64,000 nucleotides of DNA. Origin: Clostridia bacterium (GTDB lineage: Bacteria > Bacillota > Clostridia > Christensenellales > DTU072). Positions 28,397-37,017 of the stretch are shown piece by piece. Made by a program: the position numbers and the translations under genes. The stretch is taken from positions 5,751 to 69,750 of the forward strand of contig JAZSMH010000064.1 in assembly GCA_045535785.1 (NCBI GenBank), given 5' to 3'. Under the pieces are notes generated by a model that ran no database searches, was not told the origin of the DNA, and saw only the letters and a list, made by a program, of their open reading frames with translations. Positions within the stretch are counted from its first letter, which is position 1. Each line of letters starts with the position of its first letter.

Positions 28397-29263
28397 CTAA
28401 TTTCCCTTTTCGCTAAGACAAACGTTAGTTATTACGAAGTCAACGTGATTTTTTTTGAGTTCGCTTGCCAAATTAGGACTATCTACGGTGTAGACAAAAA
28501 TTAAATGGTTACTTTCGTGCGCCCTTTTTATCACCGATTCTTTTGCATTTTGATAATTTATGCCTAAATTAAATCCCATTTTCGTATAGCAATACGCTTC
28601 GTATAGGTCGTTACCAAAAGCAAGGAGTTTTGTGCGCGAATTGATCTTTTTTACGTGGTGCAAGTTGTTTATATTGAAGCCCGCGAAGAAGATTTTGGTC
28701 GGCTGTAACGCTTCATACGCCATATTGACGGCAGGAGTTAATTCCTCTTGCGTGTATTTACCTTTTATCTCGATAAGTGCTATTTTGTTGCAATTTTTTA
28801 AGATTTGTAGATACCTTTCGTAGGTACATAGAGTGTAAGTTATGTTCACGTCCGCTTCAGCGTGCGCGTTGCTAATATCTAGCGGTAAGTCTTTTATATC
28901 TTCGTAGTTAGAGTTAGACACGAGTATATCTTTGTCGATAAACGGGTTGTCGTCGTGCACGCAAACCCAAACTTTATCTTTGGTAAGACGAATATCCGTT
29001 TCTATCCCGTCGAAGAATGCGTTTTCGCTCGCCGCTAAGATACTTTCTTCGGTGTTGTCGTAATATTTACCACTATACCCGCGGTGCGCTACGTATTTAG
29101 TAGAGGAGTAGTTGGTGTAGTCGTAGGAATAGAAAGAATGCAAATGAATGTACGCAAAAGTAGCGTAGCCGAAGGTAAGCAGCCCGATAAGAACCACCGA
29201 CACCGATATAATTATCGCTAATTTTGCCTTGCTCTTTTTCATTATTTCTTTACTATTCCCCAA
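28397..29263 (-). CDS. Glycerophosphodiester phosphodiesterase, membrane-anchored
   Basis: 'AHRG', 'IETDIRLTKD...HD', 'IEIK' and 'YTVD' motifs. Confidence 0.88.
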   Translation of the reverse strand: MGNSKEIMKKSKAKLAIIISVSVVLIGLLTFGYATFAYIHLHSFYSYDYTNYSSTKYVAHRGYSGKYYDNTEESILAASENAFFDGIETDIRLTKDKVWVCVHDDNPFIDKDILVSNSNYEDIKDLPLDISNAHAEADVNITYTLCTYERYLQILKNCNKIALIEIKGKYTQEELTPAVNMAYEALQPTKIFFAGFNINNLHHVKKINSRTKLLAFGNDLYEAYCYTKMGFNLGINYQNAKESVIKRAHESNHLIFVYTVDSPNLASELKKNHVDFVITNVCLSEKGN

Positions 29264-30759
29264 GTGTGAGTATCTAGTTGATAGTCGCTATTTACCGTTA
29301 CGGTTGTTGTATTTTTCGTTAAAGAATATTCTTCGGGTACGGTTACGGTGATAGTGTAAGTGCCTTGAGTTACTTCCACTTCGTAGTAGCCGTTTATCGT
29401 GGTAGTGGTGTCAAGGACAACGTTGCCGTCCGCGTCCTTTATAGTTACGTTAGCACCGTAGAAGTGTTTACCGATTCTTTCGTCCATCACGTTGTTAGCG
29501 TTAGCGTCTACGTATACAAAACCGCTTATTTTTGCCTTTTCGATATTGACGGATGATACCTCGTCATCGTCGTATACATTTTCGGTATCGTTGTAGTCGA
29601 TGGTGTATTCAACACCGTTCCTTGAATAAAGCTGTTCGTATGGGTTGAACAATCCGCAAGCAAGCTCGGTATTGTTAGTGAAAGCATCGGTGGTTTGCCA
29701 AGTGGTATAGCCGGGCCAAACGATAGCGTAAATATGTCCCCAGCTCATAGCGTCTAGCTGACCTGCATAGAGATAGGTGCTGTCCGCGTTGAGATGTAGA
29801 CAGTCGTTCCTTATTTCGTCATAAAGCTCGGGTTGGAGAAGCTTTGCAGGGAGCGCAACGCCTTCGCTAGAACGGTAGAAAATTTGAGAAATACCTAATT
29901 GCTTTGCATCTTTTACTGCGTTAGAAGCAATTTTCATAACTCCGCCTTCGTCATAATTGTTCTTAACGTCACCTAACCATCTTATGTGGTGCGCGGTATT
30001 CTTAACGGGCATTAGATATGGATCTAGGTAGAATATGCTATCGGGCAAAACGCTCGCGCTAATGAGTCCACACTTAAACGCAGTAGTAATATAACTAACG
30101 AATCCAAAAGTCATCATACCGCCGTATGAGTGCCCAAGAACGGAAATTTGGCTACCCGAATAGTTGGGATAACGTCTGAATAGTTCGAGATAGAACGTAC
30201 TCATTACTTCTATTACCGAGTAATTGAATTCTTCGTCTACGTGCCAATTTTTTTCGTCGTCGGCGTAGCGCTTGTTGCTATCATAGAACCATAATTTTTC
30301 CGCAACGACAGGCATGTTGATATTATCTTCACGCGAGAAAGTACCCCAATAGAAGCTTAACATATTGTAACCGTTATTTGCGATTTCTTTGTAGTTACGC
30401 AAGTCGTCGTTACCGCCCATACCGTGAATAAAAATAATGGTGGGTAGCGAGGTATCGAAGGTAAAATCGCTGTCTAGTAAGAAGGATTTCCACGAGTTGG
30501 TATCCTTGTCGTAAGATTGTAAGCCAAAGCGCGAAACGCCCGAATCGGCGGTTTTTATGAATTCGGGCAAATTAAGCTCGTCTAGCGTAGGGATAGAAGT
30601 AAGGGTAGGTTGATAGTTAGCGTCGAGGTTATATCCCACTTCTTCCATCGTACCGTATTTAGGCGGTTCCTTAATCTCATCTTTGTTACAAGCAACCAAG
30701 CACCCGATGATGCTCAATAGCGTTAGCGTTATAAGAAGCGTTCTTAATAGTTTTTTCAT
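29242..30759 (-). CDS. Lipoprotein: alpha/beta hydrolase plus SdrD-B/Cna-B-like domain
   Basis: Lipobox 'LVAC', 'FIHG', GHSYGG nucleophile elbow and C-terminal 'ISGFVYVDANANN...TTINGYY'. Confidence 0.75.
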   Translation of the reverse strand: MKKLLRTLLITLTLLSIIGCLVACNKDEIKEPPKYGTMEEVGYNLDANYQPTLTSIPTLDELNLPEFIKTADSGVSRFGLQSYDKDTNSWKSFLLDSDFTFDTSLPTIIFIHGMGGNDDLRNYKEIANNGYNMLSFYWGTFSREDNINMPVVAEKLWFYDSNKRYADDEKNWHVDEEFNYSVIEVMSTFYLELFRRYPNYSGSQISVLGHSYGGMMTFGFVSYITTAFKCGLISASVLPDSIFYLDPYLMPVKNTAHHIRWLGDVKNNYDEGGVMKIASNAVKDAKQLGISQIFYRSSEGVALPAKLLQPELYDEIRNDCLHLNADSTYLYAGQLDAMSWGHIYAIVWPGYTTWQTTDAFTNNTELACGLFNPYEQLYSRNGVEYTIDYNDTENVYDDDEVSSVNIEKAKISGFVYVDANANNVMDERIGKHFYGANVTIKDADGNVVLDTTTTINGYYEVEVTQGTYTITVTVPEEYSLTKNTTTVTVNSDYQLDTHTWGIVKK

Positions 30760-30789
30760 AGCGTTCTCCCTTTATTTAGCGAAGTAATT

Positions 30790-31368
30790 TTATAAGAATT
30801 TGAATCCGCTACCCGAAATAAGTGCAAAAGCAATGCCTTCTATTAGCGATTCTTTTGCATATAGCCCGTGATGCGAGTCGTGTGAGTTGTTTCTGTTGTC
30901 GCCGAGTACGAAATAATAGCCGTCGGGCACCGTCACAGAGAATTCTTTGTATCCCCCGGTAGAGAGCATATCGCTTTTTATGTAGCTTTCGTCGAGGAGC
31001 TCGCCGTTACGGTATAGATGATAGCAGACTTCTTGCGAATCGTATTTGCAGGTTATTTTGTCGCCTTCTTTGCCGATTACACGCTTTATTAGATACCTAT
31101 CTTCGTTCTCTACCTTGAAGATAATAACGTCGTCGTATTTTACGTTTTGCGTGTTGAATAGTAGCACGACGTCTTTATCAAATAAAGTGGGCTCCATAGA
31201 CGCGCCCGAGATAGGCCATTTTACGATAAAGTTGTTAGCAAAAAAATACGCGCCGACACTCACGCAGACGAGGACCAAGATCCATACGATCAGACTGCGT
31301 ATATTTTTTGTAAGATTTTTCTTTTTGTCATTATCTACCACAGGTACGGTAGAATTGTTTTGTTCCAT
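30790..31368 (-). CDS. lepB: Signal peptidase I
   Basis: 'SGASMEPTL', 'IKRVIG' and 'GDNRNNSHDS' motifs. Confidence 0.92.
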   Translation of the reverse strand: MEQNNSTVPVVDNDKKKNLTKNIRSLIVWILVLVCVSVGAYFFANNFIVKWPISGASMEPTLFDKDVVLLFNTQNVKYDDVIIFKVENEDRYLIKRVIGKEGDKITCKYDSQEVCYHLYRNGELLDESYIKSDMLSTGGYKEFSVTVPDGYYFVLGDNRNNSHDSHHGLYAKESLIEGIAFALISGSGFKFL

Positions 31369-31418
31369 ATATCTCCGAATTAATTGCGTTGAATGATTTT
31401 TTATTTTAAGAAGTCGTC

Positions 31419-33170
31419 TTATAAGAAGATAAGCTTATTAATGACTACGTCCTGTCCTTCTATGGTTAGACTACTTACGTCGCGCCAAGAATTAAGTGGC
31501 TTGTACTGTGCGTTCTTGAAGTCCGAGCAGGAGAACTTCGTAGTGACGAAAGAGGACGCACCCGACACGCTCTTTTTCGCGATAAATTCGCCCTCACCGC
31601 TACCAAAGCTTACTTTGAGAGTGAGTAGGTAAGAACGCTTGTTACAATAGTTGTCGACTTGCAAAATTTTGTCACTGCTTATTGATTTACACTTATCTCC
31701 GATAAAAATTCTCATACTGCCCGTTTTACAGGTTACACCGCTTACCCCCGAAGGTAGGGTGATTTCCGTAACGCCGGTGTCAGGTAGTACAGCGTCTATC
31801 GACAGTTCGCTAAAAGGTATACTGTCGTGCATTCCCGATTGGAAAATAAGAGCGTTGCTCTTTTGCGGTGATAGCGTTATACGCTTGTCGGCGAAATTCT
31901 TATATTTGGGCGTTTCTGTAAGTACCATACCGTTAGCATAGGTTATTTCCGAAAAATAATATACGTACGAGCAAGCGGAACTTATATCAAGACGCGCTAT
32001 ATATTCCCCTTTACCTACCGTTTGGCAAATAGACTTGCGCCAAAATCTCGTCTTGTGGTCGTCGTTGCCGTACGAATAGTATACGACGGCACGCGTTATA
32101 GGCAATGGTGTTTTTGCAGAGGTGTTTGAATAAAGGTATCCTTCGCTGTTTTGCGAAATCGTAGTGACGGGTTCTTTTGGATATTCCGACTTATAGTAGA
32201 CGTAGTCTAGCCACGTTAAGAAGCAAGCGAAGCTCTTGTTGTTGATATTTTCCGAACAGTGTAAGCTTATAGAAGAGGTCAAGCGGTTGTTTATCAAATT
32301 AGCAAGATTGCTCAATCTGTCGACGTCGCTATGATGTCCGTTAGTGCCTATTCCTGCAAAAACGGGGTGAGGGTATCTACGTAAGTATGCTACTCCGCTT
32401 ACGCCCGTCATCCAACAGAGCGCTTCATACGACATATCGTCGAAAGAGTTATCGGTGGTTTTTGGGATATCCGTACATTCAGGATACCCTGCGCCACATA
32501 TACAGCCTAGAGCTATTACACGCTCTCTTTCTAAACCCGCTACCTGCATAGCAAGCTCCGAGCCCGTCCTTACTCCCACCACCGTGATATCTGTTTTGCC
32601 GAGAATTTCGTTAATAAAGGTCAAGAGCTTTCGCAAAATCGCACTGTATTGATATTGACAGGTGTCTTTTGCCGTAGGACATATCACTTGATCGCGTCCG
32701 TTCTCGTTGCCTAACTTTAAATAAGAGTATTCTTCGGAAAAATGCGTAAGAGTAGGACTACCTGCACCGTTATAATCAGGAACAACCACCGCATAGCCTT
32801 TAGCTACAAGTGCGTCGATAAGATCCTTTTGCGGAAGACGCGACTTTTCACCTATGAGAAGCACGGTTTTTTGTGAAGGAATGGTGGGGTGATAATAAAA
32901 TACCTCCGTCGTTATACCTAAGAATGGGCAGAAGGTATATCTAGTGAGCACGTCCGTCTCCGATATAGAATGTACCTCGTCTTTGTCGAATTCTACCGAA
33001 AAGCCGTCCCAAATTTGAGCAGGCGTAAGTAGAAGCGAGGAGGTATTAGTTGGAAAAATAGGAATATCGGTGCGCGCGTAAACCTTGACGCTATCGAACG
33101 CGATATAGTCTTTTTTGTTCTCAACCTCCACGTTGAGCTTGCGATCTTTCCTTTTCAAAGTTTTTGCCAT
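31419..33170 (-). CDS. Degenerate alpha/beta-hydrolase-fold protein with C-terminal beta domains
   Basis: 'GYAVVVPDYNG' motif; the nucleophile elbow reads GVRTGS instead of GxSxG. Confidence 0.55.
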   Translation of the reverse strand: MAKTLKRKDRKLNVEVENKKDYIAFDSVKVYARTDIPIFPTNTSSLLLTPAQIWDGFSVEFDKDEVHSISETDVLTRYTFCPFLGITTEVFYYHPTIPSQKTVLLIGEKSRLPQKDLIDALVAKGYAVVVPDYNGAGSPTLTHFSEEYSYLKLGNENGRDQVICPTAKDTCQYQYSAILRKLLTFINEILGKTDITVVGVRTGSELAMQVAGLERERVIALGCICGAGYPECTDIPKTTDNSFDDMSYEALCWMTGVSGVAYLRRYPHPVFAGIGTNGHHSDVDRLSNLANLINNRLTSSISLHCSENINNKSFACFLTWLDYVYYKSEYPKEPVTTISQNSEGYLYSNTSAKTPLPITRAVVYYSYGNDDHKTRFWRKSICQTVGKGEYIARLDISSACSYVYYFSEITYANGMVLTETPKYKNFADKRITLSPQKSNALIFQSGMHDSIPFSELSIDAVLPDTGVTEITLPSGVSGVTCKTGSMRIFIGDKCKSISSDKILQVDNYCNKRSYLLTLKVSFGSGEGEFIAKKSVSGASSFVTTKFSCSDFKNAQYKPLNSWRDVSSLTIEGQDVVINKLIFL

Positions 33171-33181
33171 ATAACCTCTAT

Positions 33182-33904
33182 TTAACTTGCCGAAGGCAAA
33201 GTAAAGTCGTTCTTGCCGTCGCTCACCGTTATAGCCGTGAGTTTAGGTGAAGATACCACGTCTTTATCGCGTAGCATAATATTGATTACAGTCGAATCGG
33301 AACTTATATTTCTTTCGTCAATGCAATACGCAACCACTCTTATCTCGGTATCGGTAGGAAGGGAGTAGTCGTAATGCCATCCGTCGGGTAGGCTGTTGAA
33401 GTAAAGCACGTCCTCGGCATCCTTTATATCAAAGCCCTCGCTTGACTTTAGTGTAAACGTTACGCCCGTGATTTTTTCGAGATCACCGTATTTGAGTGAA
33501 ACGGTATATTCGGCAAAAGAGAGATTTTTGCCTGCGGATAGCACGAGCCTAGTAGACGTTAGGATATCGGTGGCGGCATTCTCGGGATTATAGATAAGAT
33601 ATTCTATATCCTCGCTGTATACGCCTTGATAGTTTATTCTCATTTTCTTTTGTCCCGTAGTAGAACTATCGAAGCCCTCGACCATATCGTGAGTAATTTG
33701 TACCTGTATTTCGCTTCCATCAGAGTAGGTTACGGTAATGAACGCGCCCGAAAGAGATAGCACGCTGTCTATTGCGTAGTTAGATAAGAAAGAATTTTGT
33801 CTTATAGTCACCTTCTTTACGGTAGGCTCGGTACAAGCGCACAGCATCACTGCGCTCAATATAATAACCACGGTAAGTAATATTATCGTTATCTTTTTAG
33901 CCAA
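33182..33904 (-). CDS. Lipoprotein: bacterial Ig-like (Big_3) domain plus putative cohesin-like domain
   Basis: Lipobox 'LCAC'; 'ITVTYSDGS...MVEGFDSSTTGQKKM' is Big_3-like. TTG start after GGAGGTG overlaps the protease stop. Confidence 0.7.
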   Translation of the reverse strand: MAKKITIILLTVVIILSAVMLCACTEPTVKKVTIRQNSFLSNYAIDSVLSLSGAFITVTYSDGSEIQVQITHDMVEGFDSSTTGQKKMRINYQGVYSEDIEYLIYNPENAATDILTSTRLVLSAGKNLSFAEYTVSLKYGDLEKITGVTFTLKSSEGFDIKDAEDVLYFNSLPDGWHYDYSLPTDTEIRVVAYCIDERNISSDSTVINIMLRDKDVVSSPKLTAITVSDGKNDFTLPSAS

Positions 33905-36815
33905 GAATATCACCTCCATAGGTTTTTGCCAAAATCGTCAAGTCGGTGAGCGTATATTTTCCGTCACCGTTACAGTCGAAGTGAAGAGTGTTGCGCCCAG
34001 CGAGCAAATCTTGCGTCCAATAGGAGCGATCTAGATAGGTCACTATGCCGTCGCCGTCACCATCGCCAATGCGGTAGATAGTATAAGTTACGATGACGTC
34101 ACCGTCGCTAGACGTAAGAGTGCATAAAGTCGTATACCCCATCGTCCTTTCACCATGCGTGTTGAGCGCAAGCTCGTATCCGTCGTTTGCGTTAACAAAA
34201 CTTATATCAAGATAGCTATTGAGCGCGCTAGCAAGCTCCGTTAGAGTAAAGTCCTTCTTTAAGTAAATACTGTTTTTTGCAGTGTTAAGTATTATATCAG
34301 CGCCGTGCTGTGCGTCCGAATTAACCGACAAAATATTATCGGGTTTAACGAAAACCGTCAAATTTACCGAAAAACTAACGTCGTCGATAGCACAAGCGAG
34401 CGCTTGCAAACCAATCCTAGTTGGATCGTATTTTTTCAATATATCCGAGCGGTAGTTATCTAAAGATAGCGCGTTGCTTGCGTTTATAGAATATCCATCG
34501 TCAAAATTAACCGTCAGCGTCGTTTGTGAAAAGTCTGGTGTTTGTCCATAAATTAGCTCGAAGTCCACCTTGCCGTTCACCGTTATACTCTGCACCTTTG
34601 CGGAATTAACCACGAATGCGTAGGTGGTGACCATTACTTCGTTATCAGCGTTGAGGACGATATCTACGAGTGCCTTGCCGTAGTCTACGTTGTTGCGGTA
34701 ATTAATGGTATAGTCGCTTTCGCCTAGTGGTGAAGAATTCCCATCTGCGTAGGTTGCTATCACGTTGAATTTCGGTGTCAAGGTGTCGCTCATTATGCGA
34801 TGCGTGTCGCGCTCTAATACCGCCAAAGAGGTGATTTTCGCAGTTACAGTTATGGGTGAAATATAGAAAGTAATCACGTTGTCGTAAGTTACTTTTACGT
34901 GATCGTAAACGCCACAAACGTTCATATCTAGCCCTTCAACGACCTTCCATAGCGACTTATTGGTAGCGTCGTAGTTTATCAGTGCGGTGCTGTCGGACGA
35001 GTAGGTTACCCTTACCGATAGCCCTGCTAAATCAATCTTGTCACCCAGCGAATAAACGGTGCGCGTAGGTTGTCTTAGTACCGCTATCTCAGTTATTACC
35101 GAACGATATAGGTAGAGCGTAAAAGGAACCTTATGTTCTCCCTTTGCATCGGTGAATACCGCGTACGCCGTTTGTCCTTCGGGGGTGTAATCATTCTTGT
35201 ATTCGAGGGTAAAATCGCTTATTTTTACGTATGCGTCACGCGCGCCGTATTTGACGTAAAGCTCAACGTCCAAAGGCTCACCTATGTACGCGTAGTGCTC
35301 TTTCTTTACCTCTTTACCCGAGAATTCTTTACCAAGCACGTAGCTATCTACGATAGTATCGTTGTCGTAAGTGCCTAGGTCTACGGTGAAAGTAATCTTG
35401 CCGTCCTTTTCTTCCACGGGCGTTACCGTAATTCCCGTATTAGCACCGTTAGTAAGATAAATACATTCGCTGTCGTACGACTTCGTGCTTTCCTTTTTGC
35501 CAAGAGAAGAAAAATGCGGATTGTCTACGCTTAGCGCTGCATAGCCGAGATTTTCGAGCTCTTTTTGCATAGTAGTACCATTCGTTGCTATCGACGGACG
35601 GAATACGTATACTTCGTACGGGTTAGAGGTGGATTGATGCTTGCTCTCTTCGTTACCGCTTACCGAATTATTGACGCGATACACGAGAAGTCCGTCGGAG
35701 GGTAGTAGTTTTTCGTATGGCGAAGAGGAGCGTAAGCGATATTCAAAATAAATACTCTCTTTGTCGTTGACGGAAATTTTGTACGCGAGCGTATCCGTTT
35801 GAAGCGCGGATGCAGTAGAGGTAAGGGTATAACTTCCACTTTCCGTAATCTCTTTTATTTGCGTGCCGAGTGCAAAATTAAGATACTTGTATCTTAAATA
35901 CGTTGTTACGTATTGCGGAGTGGTGTGCTCTCTATGCATTAAATCCCAGAATCCCACGGGCATATAGTTTGCATTCCTATCGGGGACAAGAGTAGTGCCC
36001 GTATCGTATCTATATAGGTCGGGTAAGCCTAGTAGGTGGCCGAATTCGTGTGCAACCAAGCCTAGACTAAAATTCTCGGCGAAAGTAAAGGTATAGTCGT
36101 TTACCTTAATGCCGTTGAGAGTTTTGCTAGAAGTAGAAGGGGAAGAAGCCTTGCTTATATCGTCAAGTTGCCAAGCGTGTGGCCAAATCAACCCACCCCA
36201 ATATTCGGTAGTGTTGACGTAACTTCCGTTTATCACGAAAGACACGCTGTCTACGTATCCGTCGTCGTTGACGTCAAGATCTACCCCTTGATAATCAAAA
36301 TAATCGTCTGCGTATTGAACTGCGGAATTAAGAAGCCCACTTTCCGCATTATACCTCGTGCTACCTTTGGACGCCGTTATTTTTTCATAAAAAGAGCGAT
36401 AGCTACTTGCTTGATAAACGCAAAATTGCGAATTTTCCATAGCAAAAATGCTGTTTACCTCGAATGCACCGTAGCTTAAACGCGAGTAGTAATCTTTAAG
36501 AGATATTTCGTCGCCGTTGAAGTTGTCGTCAAAACCCTCTAGAGCTTCTAAAAAAGCACTCTTACTTTCTCCTTGAAAATAAATGAAAATCACCACGTTA
36601 GTAACGTTGTAGGAAGACAGTAGATCGTTGTCGGCTTTGAGTATACCGCTTTTTTGCTTGCTCTCTATAACGGTAGCGCCTTCGTCGTCGAATACGGTCA
36701 GTCTACCCACGGTCGGTTCTTTGTAATTTTTAGAAAAAACTCCTACCAAAAGCACCGCGCACAAGATAAGCACGGCAAAAATGATAAGAGCTATTTTCGT
36801 AATCGTTCTCTGCAT
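33897..36815 (-). CDS. M6 (immune inhibitor A-like) metalloprotease with Ig-like repeats and a C-terminal dockerin
   Basis: 'WPH', HEFGHLLGLPDLY and 'WDLM' motifs. C-terminal twin Ca-loops GDGDGDGIVTYLD...DCNGDGKYTLTDL. Confidence 0.88.
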   Translation of the reverse strand: MQRTITKIALIIFAVLILCAVLLVGVFSKNYKEPTVGRLTVFDDEGATVIESKQKSGILKADNDLLSSYNVTNVVIFIYFQGESKSAFLEALEGFDDNFNGDEISLKDYYSRLSYGAFEVNSIFAMENSQFCVYQASSYRSFYEKITASKGSTRYNAESGLLNSAVQYADDYFDYQGVDLDVNDDGYVDSVSFVINGSYVNTTEYWGGLIWPHAWQLDDISKASSPSTSSKTLNGIKVNDYTFTFAENFSLGLVAHEFGHLLGLPDLYRYDTGTTLVPDRNANYMPVGFWDLMHREHTTPQYVTTYLRYKYLNFALGTQIKEITESGSYTLTSTASALQTDTLAYKISVNDKESIYFEYRLRSSSPYEKLLPSDGLLVYRVNNSVSGNEESKHQSTSNPYEVYVFRPSIATNGTTMQKELENLGYAALSVDNPHFSSLGKKESTKSYDSECIYLTNGANTGITVTPVEEKDGKITFTVDLGTYDNDTIVDSYVLGKEFSGKEVKKEHYAYIGEPLDVELYVKYGARDAYVKISDFTLEYKNDYTPEGQTAYAVFTDAKGEHKVPFTLYLYRSVITEIAVLRQPTRTVYSLGDKIDLAGLSVRVTYSSDSTALINYDATNKSLWKVVEGLDMNVCGVYDHVKVTYDNVITFYISPITVTAKITSLAVLERDTHRIMSDTLTPKFNVIATYADGNSSPLGESDYTINYRNNVDYGKALVDIVLNADNEVMVTTYAFVVNSAKVQSITVNGKVDFELIYGQTPDFSQTTLTVNFDDGYSINASNALSLDNYRSDILKKYDPTRIGLQALACAIDDVSFSVNLTVFVKPDNILSVNSDAQHGADIILNTAKNSIYLKKDFTLTELASALNSYLDISFVNANDGYELALNTHGERTMGYTTLCTLTSSDGDVIVTYTIYRIGDGDGDGIVTYLDRSYWTQDLLAGRNTLHFDCNGDGKYTLTDLTILAKTYGGDILG

Positions 36816-36924
36816 AACACCTCAAAAGTTTTAAAAAACTTTTCACTGTACGAATAGTTTACCCTACGTAAGCAAAAAAGTCAAGTGTATATTAACTTAT
36901 ACTTTTGGTAAAAATTGTTCTAAA

Positions 36925-36989
36925 TTCGACGAATTCAGTCAAATTCCGCCAAAAGTAAGCAAAACTACTCTATCATAACGCGTTATAAT
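36925..36989 (+). promoter_or_regulatory. Possible Spo0A-dependent spoIIE promoter
   Basis: TATAAT at 36984 with no good -35; TTCGACG at 36925 is a one-mismatch 0A box. Confidence 0.35.
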
Positions 36990-37017
36990 CGGCGAAAAAG
37001 GATAAGTGGAGTAATCA

